DNA of 64,000 bases from Terriglobia bacterium (GTDB lineage Bacteria > Acidobacteriota > Terriglobia > Terriglobales > Acidobacteriaceae), in NCBI GenBank assembly GCA_963823085.1, contig CAWGKF010000016.1, positions 126,824-190,823 on the forward strand. The letters run 5' to 3'. Position 1 is the first letter of the stretch, and the number at the start of each line of letters is the position of its first letter. The position numbers and the translations under genes were made by a program. The notes beneath the pieces are model-generated. The model was not told where the DNA came from, did no database searches, and saw only the letters and a list, made by a program, of their open reading frames with translations. This document shows positions 46,341 through 54,540 of this stretch, piece by piece.

Positions 46341-47714
46341 ATGAGTACCGCAACACAGATCACGGAGCAGGCGTACTCGTCGGAACGCTACGCGCGGCAT
46401 GTTAACCGGGAGTGGGTTCGCCTTCTCGATCTGCTGCAGATGAATGTTCGCTACGAACGGTGCGTCGGAGCGGAGCTATACACCGCGGATGGCAGACGCA
46501 TTGTTGACTTCCTGTCGGGCTACTGTGTTCATAATCTGGGCCACAACCATCCGAACGTGGTGCGGGCGCTGAGGGATGAGTTGGAACGATGCGGGCCCGC
46601 GATGGTCCAGACGCATGTCGCGGACCTCGCTGGTGAGCTTGCTGACAAGCTGTGCAAACGCGCAGGCGGACGCCTGAGTAAAGCATTCTTCGCATCGTCG
46701 GGGAGCGAGGGAGTAGAAGCCGCGATCAAGTTTGCCCGAGCTCACACACGGCGCAACGGAATCCTGGCAGCGGAGCATGCGTTCCATGGTTTGACATGCG
46801 GAGCGCTTTCGCTGATGAGCGACGATTTCTGGCGCGAGGGCTTCGGACCGCTTCTGCCCGAGACGAAGATGGTTCCGTTTGGTTCCCTGGACCACCTCGA
46901 ACGTGAACTCAAGAGCAAGAAGTTTGCGGCATTCATCGTCGAGCCGATTCAATCAGAAGGCGGCGTCTGCGTTCCCGATCCAGAGTATCTGCGGAGCGCG
47001 CAATCGCTGTGCAGACTTTACGACACGCTATTCGTACTCGATGAAGTGCAGACGGGGATGTATCGCACGGGAAAGTTTCTGGCGGCGCATCACTTCGGGG
47101 TGGAACCGGACATGGTGGTTCTGGCCAAGGCACTCAGTGGCGGATTGGTTCCGGTGGGCGCGGTTCTGATGTCCGAGGAGATTTGCGATTCCGTTTATTC
47201 GTCGTTGCCACGCGCTTTTGTACATACGTCAACTTTCAGCGAAAACAGTTTGGCCATGCGCGCAGGACTGGCAACGCTGGAAGTACTGGAGCGCAAAGGA
47301 CTCGGAGATCGATCGATCGCGGCAGGCGATTATTTGCGGAAGCGACTGAGCGATGAGTTGGGCGCGTATGAGATGGTGAAGGAAATCCGCGGACTGGGAT
47401 TGCTGAACGGCATTGAGTTCCGGGCGCCGAAGCAACTGCGTTTGCGCATTCCATACGAGGCATTTGGCGCTGTGCACGCAGGGATGTTCGGACAGATCGT
47501 GGTGATGCGCCTGTTCCGCGATTATGGATTCCTGACGCAGGTATGTGGGAACAACTTCATGGTGCTGAAAGTAGCGCCGCCGCTGGTAATCGAGGATGCG
47601 CAGATGGAGGCATTCGTTAGCGCGATAAAGGAAGTCGTGGACTTGGCGAACTCTCCGGGCGCGTTCTGGTCAGAGGCGCTTGGACTAGCGCGGCGAGCAT
47701 TTCGGCGTTCGTAG
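46341..47714 (+). CDS. Class-III PLP-dependent aminotransferase (ornithine/putrescine/GABA aminotransferase-like)
   Basis: 'SGSEGVEAAIKFAR', 'DEVQTGMYRTGKF', and the PLP-lysine context 'VVLAKALSGG'. An alternative GTG start lies at 46332. Confidence 0.85.
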   Translation: MSTATQITEQAYSSERYARHVNREWVRLLDLLQMNVRYERCVGAELYTADGRRIVDFLSGYCVHNLGHNHPNVVRALRDELERCGPAMVQTHVADLAGELADKLCKRAGGRLSKAFFASSGSEGVEAAIKFARAHTRRNGILAAEHAFHGLTCGALSLMSDDFWREGFGPLLPETKMVPFGSLDHLERELKSKKFAAFIVEPIQSEGGVCVPDPEYLRSAQSLCRLYDTLFVLDEVQTGMYRTGKFLAAHHFGVEPDMVVLAKALSGGLVPVGAVLMSEEICDSVYSSLPRAFVHTSTFSENSLAMRAGLATLEVLERKGLGDRSIAAGDYLRKRLSDELGAYEMVKEIRGLGLLNGIEFRAPKQLRLRIPYEAFGAVHAGMFGQIVVMRLFRDYGFLTQVCGNNFMVLKVAPPLVIEDAQMEAFVSAIKEVVDLANSPGAFWSEALGLARRAFRRS

Positions 47715-47783
47715 CGGATTTGATTTTCTATCCTATTTTTCTTCACGCTCAAAAAAGTCTTGACCTGCGGTTGACAATTAAGG

Positions 47784-47799
47784 GTCCTAAGCTTAGGAC
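47784..47799. promoter_or_regulatory. Perfect 16-bp palindrome (candidate operator) upstream of type III PKS operon
   Basis: GTCCTAAGCTTAGGAC begins 8 nt after a TTGACA hexamer (47771-47776) and lies ~130 nt upstream of the PKS ATG. Confidence 0.5.
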
Positions 47800-47927
47800 A
47801 ATCTAAACAAGTGGCATTGAGGTACTGGGGTACAACCCAGGATCAGCGCACGGCCATCTAACTGCACATTTGGGTCCGGCAGGGTGATGGCGCTGACTCT
47901 CTGCCGGAAACCGGGGATTCACACAAA

Positions 47928-48977
47928 ATGCAAATTGCCAGCGCCGCAAGCGCGTTTCCTGAACATTACTACTCACAGAAATTCCTTTTGGAAAAATTGC
48001 AGGAGTATTGGGGTGACCAGCTGCGCAATCCACAGATGCTGGCGCGACTGCACCGAAACGTAGCCGTGGAGGGCCGTCATCTAGCCTTCCCGCCGGAACA
48101 ATATTACGAAATGAAAACCTGGGGATGCGCAAATGATGCATGGATCCAGGTTGCGCAGGAATTGGGCGAGCAGGCGCTGTGCCGGGCTCTGCATCATGCG
48201 GGCCTGGAACGGGGTAATTTGGGCGCCTTGTTTTTCACTTCCGTTACGGGGATATCGAGTCCGTCGATTGACGCATTGCTGATCAATCGCATGGGACTCT
48301 CTCCGAACATCAAACGTGTACCGATCTTCGGCCTGGGATGTGTCGCAGGAGCAGCGGGGATCGCCCGGGCTGCGGATTACGTGCGGGCTTATCCGAAGCA
48401 ATCGGCGGCGCTGGTTTCTGTAGAGCTTTGCTCACTGACGATCCAGCGCGAAGATCTTTCGGTTGCGAATCTTATTTCTTCGGGGCTGTTCGCGGATGGA
48501 TCTGCGGCTGTGATCGTGACGGGAGACGATGTGCCGTCTGAGGGCCCGGAGATTGTGGCAACACGTTCCGTCTTCTATCCCAATACTGAGCAGATGATGG
48601 GATGGAAGGTCAGCGAGAAGGGCTTCCGGATTATCTTGTCGCCGGAGGTGCCAGTCCTGATCCGCGAGAATCTCGGCAAAGACATGGACGCGTTTCTTGC
48701 GGACAACGGATGCACTCGTGCCGACATTGGAAGCTGGGTGCTACACACGGGCGGTCCGAAGGTGCTCGAGGCGACCGCGGATGCACTCGATCTGCACAAC
48801 GGACAGCTGGATGCGTCGTGGGATTGCTTGAAACGCGTGGGAAATCTATCGTCGGCGTCCGTGCTAGTCGTTCTGGAAGATGTGATGAGGAACCGGCGTC
48901 CGGAACCGGGCACGATGGGCGTGCTGGCGGCGATGGGGCCGGGATTTTGTTCGGAGCTCGTACTTCTGAAGTGGTGA
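47928..48977 (+). CDS. Type III polyketide synthase (chalcone/stilbene synthase superfamily)
   Basis: Catalytic triad contexts: GLGCVAG (Cys), LHTGGPKVL (His) and GNLSSASVL (Asn). Confidence 0.9.
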   Translation: MQIASAASAFPEHYYSQKFLLEKLQEYWGDQLRNPQMLARLHRNVAVEGRHLAFPPEQYYEMKTWGCANDAWIQVAQELGEQALCRALHHAGLERGNLGALFFTSVTGISSPSIDALLINRMGLSPNIKRVPIFGLGCVAGAAGIARAADYVRAYPKQSAALVSVELCSLTIQREDLSVANLISSGLFADGSAAVIVTGDDVPSEGPEIVATRSVFYPNTEQMMGWKVSEKGFRIILSPEVPVLIRENLGKDMDAFLADNGCTRADIGSWVLHTGGPKVLEATADALDLHNGQLDASWDCLKRVGNLSSASVLVVLEDVMRNRRPEPGTMGVLAAMGPGFCSELVLLKW

Positions 48978-48987
48978 GGATTTAGTT

Positions 48988-50097
48988 TTGGTGACCTCGA
49001 CCGATGTATTTGTAATTGGCGGAGGACCTGCAGGCCTAGCGGCGGCGATCGCAGCACGGCAGCGTGGATTTCGCGTGATGGTGGCTGATGGCGCCGGAAT
49101 GCCGATCGACAAGCCGTGCGGGGAAGGGCTGATGCCGGACGGTCTGGCGGCGCTTGAGGAACTTGGCGTGTCTGTGGAAGAGCATCATTCGTTCCCGTTT
49201 CGAGGAATTTGTTTTGCGAGCGCAGGGTTTGCGGTGAAGGCTGCATTTCCGCACGGAGCGTTGGGCAGGGGGGTGCGACGAAGTGTTCTGCATCCGCTGA
49301 TGGCGGAACGGGCAGCGAGTTTGGGGATCGATCTGTTGTGGCAGACGCCGGTGACGGGTATTTCCGAAGAGGGCGTGAGGATTGGAGATCACACCATCAA
49401 GGCGCGGTGGATCATTGGCGCGGATGGCGGGAATTCGCGGGTACGGCGCTGGACAAATCTGGATGAGTTTCGCGAGAGAGATTGCCGTTACGCATTCCGG
49501 CGGCACTATCGAGTGGCACCCTGGAGCGACCACATGGAATTGCACTGGGGGCGGCACGGAGAGATTTATGTTACTCCGGTAGCGAAAGATCAGGTGTGCG
49601 TGGCGTTGATATCACGCAATCCTAAATTGCGATTAGACGAGGGGCTGACGTTGTTTCCTGAGTTGCAAGCACGGTTGAGCGGAGCCGAATTTGCTTCTTC
49701 CGAAAAGGGCGCGCTTTCCGCTACTTGCAGGCTGCGAAAGGTAAGCCGCAGAAATGTGGCGTTGATCGGGGACGCCTCTGGTACCGTGGACGCGATCACG
49801 GGAGAAGGTTTGTGCCTGGCGTTCAGTCAGGCGATGGTACTGGCGGAGTGTCTGGAGAGTGGAGACCTGGCACGATACGAGCGGGAGCATCAGCGATTAG
49901 CATTGCGGCCCCGGCTGATGGCGCGATTGATGCTATTGCTGGATGGACGACCGAGGCTGCAACGGCGCACGCTGCAGGTATTCCAAAAGCGTCCGTCGAT
50001 TTTTGAGGGGCTACTGCAGTTGCATGTTGGCGTGCTTTCTCCGCTGCACCTGGCGGTGGATGGTCTGAGTCTGGGTTGGGGGTTGCTCACCGTCTAA
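48988..50097 (+). CDS. NAD(P)/FAD-dependent oxidoreductase (geranylgeranyl-reductase / flavoprotein monooxygenase-like)
   Basis: 'DVFVIGGGPAGLAAAIAARQRG' dinucleotide fold, 'KPCGEGL', and 'LIGDASGTVDAITGEG'. Starts 10 nt after the PKS stop. Confidence 0.85.
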   Translation: MVTSTDVFVIGGGPAGLAAAIAARQRGFRVMVADGAGMPIDKPCGEGLMPDGLAALEELGVSVEEHHSFPFRGICFASAGFAVKAAFPHGALGRGVRRSVLHPLMAERAASLGIDLLWQTPVTGISEEGVRIGDHTIKARWIIGADGGNSRVRRWTNLDEFRERDCRYAFRRHYRVAPWSDHMELHWGRHGEIYVTPVAKDQVCVALISRNPKLRLDEGLTLFPELQARLSGAEFASSEKGALSATCRLRKVSRRNVALIGDASGTVDAITGEGLCLAFSQAMVLAECLESGDLARYEREHQRLALRPRLMARLMLLLDGRPRLQRRTLQVFQKRPSIFEGLLQLHVGVLSPLHLAVDGLSLGWGLLTV

Positions 50098-50098
50098 G

Positions 50099-50716
50099 AT
50101 GGGCACAAGTCGACGCAATCAAGAACAATTTATTTCGCGATTCCTGTGCACGGCGGCCGTGCTGCTGGCGATCGTGCTTCCCAGCGCGGCACAGGAACGG
50201 GAGTTTCAGCTGGATCCGGCGCAGACTTCAGTGACATTCACGCTGGGCGATGTGCTGCACACGGTGCGCGGGACGTTCAAGCTGAAGCACGGAGATTTGC
50301 TCATCGAACCGGCAGGCAAAGTGTCGGGAGAAATTGTCGTCGACGCAAAGAGTGGCGATAGCGGCAGCGGAATGCGCGACCACAAGATGAACAAAGAAGT
50401 GCTCGAGAGCGACCGTTATCCGGAAATTTCATTTCGGCCCGATCGCATTGAGGGACCGGTGGCAAATTCAGGCAAATCAGCAGTGACGGTTCATGGGATG
50501 TTTAACGTCCACGGAGTGGACCATGAGATCACCGTGCCCGCAGAAGTCGACATGGGCGCGGATCGATGGACCGCGACTGTGCACTTCACCGTTCCCTATC
50601 AGAAGTGGGGGATGAAGAATCCCAGTACTTTGTTTTTGCGGGTTAACGATTCGGTGGAGATCGATGTTGTAGCGTCGGGTAGCCTGGCGGCGCACGCGGC
50701 TATTTCCGGTCAGTAG
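50099..50716 (+). CDS. Periplasmic YceI-family (lipid/polyisoprenoid-binding) protein
   Basis: Signal peptide present. 'LDPAQTSVTFTL...HTVRGTF' and 'YPEISF...G.F..HGV' are YceI signatures. Starts 1 nt after the previous stop. Confidence 0.85.
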   Translation: MGTSRRNQEQFISRFLCTAAVLLAIVLPSAAQEREFQLDPAQTSVTFTLGDVLHTVRGTFKLKHGDLLIEPAGKVSGEIVVDAKSGDSGSGMRDHKMNKEVLESDRYPEISFRPDRIEGPVANSGKSAVTVHGMFNVHGVDHEITVPAEVDMGADRWTATVHFTVPYQKWGMKNPSTLFLRVNDSVEIDVVASGSLAAHAAISGQ

Positions 50717-52413
50717 CCGTTTTGAGGCGTAATTCCCTTACCTTCCACACAGCTGTAAGCGCGGCCTGCTGCAAGATTCTTGTATTCCTCGGTCTCTCCG
50801 CTCGGCCAGTCGATGACGATGCGATCTATGCGATCGTGCTTCTCCAATCCAAAAGTGACGGGCAGTTCCGATTGCGATAAATAACTGGAGCCGCCCTTGA
50901 CCATCCGCGATTGGGCAAGTCCTCCGGTATAAACATGAACAGCAGCTCCGATTGCATCGCGGTTGGACTTGGTTCCGACAAGGTGAAAGCGGATGCTGTG
51001 ATTTCCAGACTGCTGATCATTGCGGTAAAGGTAGGCCGGGCCGTTGTTGGTAGTGATCAGCAGGTCGAGATCGCCATCGCGATCGAAATCGCCGTAGGCC
51101 AGGCCGCGTCCCACCTTTGGTTGATCGAAGCTTCCGCCAACTTGGGCGGCGACGTCGCGAAAATTGGCTTTTCCATTATTCAGAAAAAGCTGTGGTGGTT
51201 GTGCATAGCCTACGTTGCCGCGGATGTTGCGGACGGTCTCGTCGATGTGTCCGTTGGCGACGGCGAAGTCGAGCCAGCCATCGAGATTTACGTCGAGGAA
51301 CGAGCAGCCGAATCCGAGGCTGTTTCTTGACGCGATGCCGACACCGGCTTGCGGAGCTATGTCCTCAAAACTCTTTCCGCTGAGGCGATAGAGTCCGATC
51401 ATCTCGTTATCGAAATTTGTGATAGCGACACCCGAAGTGCCGGAGTTGTCGAAATCTGCGACGTCGACGCCCATGCCTGCGCGAGCCTTTCCTTCCGTGC
51501 TGAACGCGATGCCGGCTTCCACGGCGGCGTCTTTGAAGGTGCCATTGTGCTGGTTGCGATACAGCTTGTTGGGCTGCGTGTCATTGGCGACGACGAGATC
51601 GGGCCAGCCGTCGCGGTTTTCGTCGAGCAAAGCCACACCGAGAGATTTCGAACTACTGTCGAAGATTCCGCTACTGGCAGTGACGTCTTCAAAGGTGCCA
51701 TTGCCGCGGTTATGAAACAGCCAGCAAGTCGCTCCGCGGTAAGCTTCCGGGGTGCAATAGGATTTGTGCTTGCCATCAAGACTGCAGAAGATGTCAGTCT
51801 CGAGAGACCACTTCACATAATTGCAAACGAAGAGATCGAGCAGACCATCGCGATCGTAGTCGAACCAGAGGGCTGACGTGCTGAAACCTTCCCGTTTGCC
51901 AAGACCGGCGGCGTTGGTGACGTCGACGAATGTGCCTTTCCCCGTGTTGCGGAAGAGATGATTCTGTCCGACACAGGTTACAAGAATGTCCGGAAATCCG
52001 TCGTTGTTGTAATCGCCGACGGCTACTCCCATGCCGTACATTTCGACATCGAGCCCGGCATGAGATGTGACGTCGGTAAAGGTGCCGTTGCCGTTGTTAT
52101 GGTAAAGGCGGAGAGTAGTGCGCGATTTCTTGTGTCCGGGCCAGTCGGAGCCATTGATCAGAAGGATGTCTTGCCATCCATCGCGGTCGTAGTCGAGGAA
52201 GGCACATCCGGAGCCGAGAGTTTCGGGCAGGAACTTTCCGCCGAAGGCTCCGCTATTGTGCTGAAAATGAATACCGGCTTCGGAGGTCACGTCGGTGAAA
52301 CGAAAGCCGAGCGAACTGGAAGCCGCGTTCTGCGTTGCAAACGCACGCACTCGCGAGAGCTGAGACCAAGAGGCAAGACCCGCCATTCCCCCCAGAAAAG
52401 ACCGACGATTCAC
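50710..52413 (-). CDS. Tat-exported CRTAC1-family protein (FG-GAP/VCBS repeats + ASPIC/UnbV C-terminal domain)
   Basis: Twin-arginine N-terminus MNRRSFLGG. Repeated 'DYDRDGWQDILL', 'DYNNDGFPDI', 'DYDRDGLLDLF', 'DFDRDGDLDLL'. C-terminal 'GGSSYLSQSELPVTFGL'. The GTG start overlaps the regulator stop (GTGA). Confidence 0.85.
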   Translation of the reverse strand: MNRRSFLGGMAGLASWSQLSRVRAFATQNAASSSLGFRFTDVTSEAGIHFQHNSGAFGGKFLPETLGSGCAFLDYDRDGWQDILLINGSDWPGHKKSRTTLRLYHNNGNGTFTDVTSHAGLDVEMYGMGVAVGDYNNDGFPDILVTCVGQNHLFRNTGKGTFVDVTNAAGLGKREGFSTSALWFDYDRDGLLDLFVCNYVKWSLETDIFCSLDGKHKSYCTPEAYRGATCWLFHNRGNGTFEDVTASSGIFDSSSKSLGVALLDENRDGWPDLVVANDTQPNKLYRNQHNGTFKDAAVEAGIAFSTEGKARAGMGVDVADFDNSGTSGVAITNFDNEMIGLYRLSGKSFEDIAPQAGVGIASRNSLGFGCSFLDVNLDGWLDFAVANGHIDETVRNIRGNVGYAQPPQLFLNNGKANFRDVAAQVGGSFDQPKVGRGLAYGDFDRDGDLDLLITTNNGPAYLYRNDQQSGNHSIRFHLVGTKSNRDAIGAAVHVYTGGLAQSRMVKGGSSYLSQSELPVTFGLEKHDRIDRIVIDWPSGETEEYKNLAAGRAYSCVEGKGITPQNGY

Positions 52414-53039
52414 GGAATGTTCACCAGTCCGGCGCGAATGGCGTACACGACAAGTTCGGCAGTTTTATGAATGCCGAGGGTATTCATGATATTGGCGCGG
52501 TGAACGGCGACTGTGTTGGCGCTGAGATCGAGTGCAGTCGCGATTTCTTTGTTCGACTTTCCGTCGACGATCATCTGCAGGACTTCAAGTTCGCGCGGAG
52601 TGAGAGCGGAGCTGCGCTCGCCACGCAAGACTGTTTTCTGCTCAACTTTGGGGTCGAAGACGGTTTCTCCGGCAGCGACTTTGCGGATAGCGGCGCTGAG
52701 TTCGAGATCAAGAGCATTCTTGAGCACGTATCCTTTGGCGCCGGCGTCGATGGCCTGACGGACCCAGGTGCTCTCGCTGTGCATGCTTAGCATGAGAACG
52801 GCAGTGTCAGGCGAGTCTTCGATAATCTGACGCGTCGCCTGCAAACCATTCATACCGGGGAGAGCACAGTCCATCACCACGACCTGGGGGTGAAGCTGTT
52901 GAGCGAGTTTGACAGATTCTTCGCCGTCCCCGGCTTCGCCGACGACTTCCATGTCGGCTTCGTCTTCCAGCATGCGGCGGAAACCACGACGCACCAGGCT
53001 GTGATCATCCACGAGCAACACTGTGATCTTCTTTTGCAT
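52410..53039 (-). CDS. Response regulator, NarL/LuxR family (REC + HTH)
   Basis: 'ITVLLVDDH', 'VVVMDCALPGMNG', and C-terminal 'LTPRELEVLQMIVDGKSNKEIA..L..S..TV..HR.NIM.KL'. Confidence 0.9.
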   Translation of the reverse strand: MQKKITVLLVDDHSLVRRGFRRMLEDEADMEVVGEAGDGEESVKLAQQLHPQVVVMDCALPGMNGLQATRQIIEDSPDTAVLMLSMHSESTWVRQAIDAGAKGYVLKNALDLELSAAIRKVAAGETVFDPKVEQKTVLRGERSSALTPRELEVLQMIVDGKSNKEIATALDLSANTVAVHRANIMNTLGIHKTAELVVYAIRAGLVNIP

Positions 53040-54450
53040 TAGACTCTGCTTTCTCTCTTGGAACGGTGAGCCGGACTAATGTTCCGCCTTCTGGCGGGCG
53101 CGTAATCGAAAGCTGGCCATTCATCAACTCGGAGCGTTCGCGCATCGCGACAAGGCCGATGCCGCGACGGCTTGGCCGCTCCGGAAAACCTGCGCCCCGA
53201 TCTTGTACTTCCAGTTCCAGCGTGTGTGGCAGGAATCGAAGCCGCACCCAAGCCTGCTTCGCTCCCGAGTGACGCGCGGCGTTGTTCAGCGCCTCCTGCA
53301 GGATACGGTAAATATGCACGCCCGCGCCGCCATCCACAGCAAAAGGCTCCCCCTGCTTCTCATAGGATATGGCAATTCCGGTTTGCCTTTCCACGGTGGG
53401 AATGTACCAGTCCATAGTGCTTTCCAATCCGGCCTCATCGAGCATAACTGGATGCAATGCTTGTGACAGGCTGCGGACGCTTTCGAGCGTGGACTGAACG
53501 GTCACGAGAACCTCCTGCAAGTCGGCGCGCAGAGAGGAGCCTTCTGGGGCATGGGAGCCGGCACGGCGGAGCATGGATCCGACTGCCGTAAGGATCTGGC
53601 CGAATTCGTCATGCAGTTCGCGGGAGATGTAGCGCAGCGTCGATTCCTGAGTGGAAATGAGCTTCTGTGCGAGTTCACTGCGGCGCTCGGAAATTTCAGC
53701 CAAACGGGCGAAAAGGCGGCGGTTCCAGCGAATCAGAGAAAGACCGTTGAGCAGGATGGCAAGCAAGGTAGCGGCGAGGAAGAAGTAGACCTGGCGCTGG
53801 ACGCGATCGTAGATCTGGACGATGCGCTGTCCGGCTTGTTCTTCGTTTTCACTGTTCTGTACAAGGAAGCGGGCGACGGCGGTACTGAGCGCGGCTTGGC
53901 GTTCCTGGAGCGAGAGTTGAATCTGGCTGCGAGCTTCTTTTTCTTTCCCATCGCGGGCGAGGGCGAAGACGCGATCGACGGCGTCCCAGAACTGGGTGAC
54001 CGAACTGGCGAGAAATGCGCTCTGTTCGGGAGTACGGCTGGCAGCGGCGAATCCGGCTTCGAGGCGCATGGCGTCGTCGAGATCGGTCCGGATGCGCTGG
54101 AACTGGGCCGACCAGGCTGTGAGGGGATAGGGCTCATCGCTGCTGACCATATCCCGCATGGCTACGGCGAGAAGGTTGAGATCGTTTTGAATGCGCAGGA
54201 GCTGAAGGGAGTCTTTGCGGTTGCGATCGACTAGGTTGGTCTGCAGTTTGCGTAGGCCGGTGATCTGCCAGGTGATATAGGCGGAATAGGCCAATACGGC
54301 CGACAGGGTGATCAGCAGGCCTAAAACAAGGCCAATAGTGGGCGACCGGTCCGGGGAAGACGGGCGGGACACGTCCCGAGCATACAACGTGGAGTGGGGC
54401 CGTGTCACAAGGATGGGCTCGCCAACGGCGGCGGCCCGGATGTGTGACAA
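53005..54450 (-). CDS. Sensor histidine kinase (HisKA_3 / NarX-LiaS type)
   Basis: H-box 'ISRELHDEFGQILTAV', N-box 'ILQEALNNAARHS', and G-box 'DRGAGF...GIGLVAMRER'. Two TM segments are predicted. The TTG start at 54450 is uncertain. Confidence 0.85.
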   Translation of the reverse strand: MSHIRAAAVGEPILVTRPHSTLYARDVSRPSSPDRSPTIGLVLGLLITLSAVLAYSAYITWQITGLRKLQTNLVDRNRKDSLQLLRIQNDLNLLAVAMRDMVSSDEPYPLTAWSAQFQRIRTDLDDAMRLEAGFAAASRTPEQSAFLASSVTQFWDAVDRVFALARDGKEKEARSQIQLSLQERQAALSTAVARFLVQNSENEEQAGQRIVQIYDRVQRQVYFFLAATLLAILLNGLSLIRWNRRLFARLAEISERRSELAQKLISTQESTLRYISRELHDEFGQILTAVGSMLRRAGSHAPEGSSLRADLQEVLVTVQSTLESVRSLSQALHPVMLDEAGLESTMDWYIPTVERQTGIAISYEKQGEPFAVDGGAGVHIYRILQEALNNAARHSGAKQAWVRLRFLPHTLELEVQDRGAGFPERPSRRGIGLVAMRERSELMNGQLSITRPPEGGTLVRLTVPREKAESNAKEDHSVARG

Positions 54451-54540
54451 TGCAGTAATAATGAAGCCGAATCCGGGCTTTCACGGAGTCAAACAGGAGG
54501 ATTGAGTTCCCTAGGTAAAGAAGCTGCGAAGCCTCCGAAG

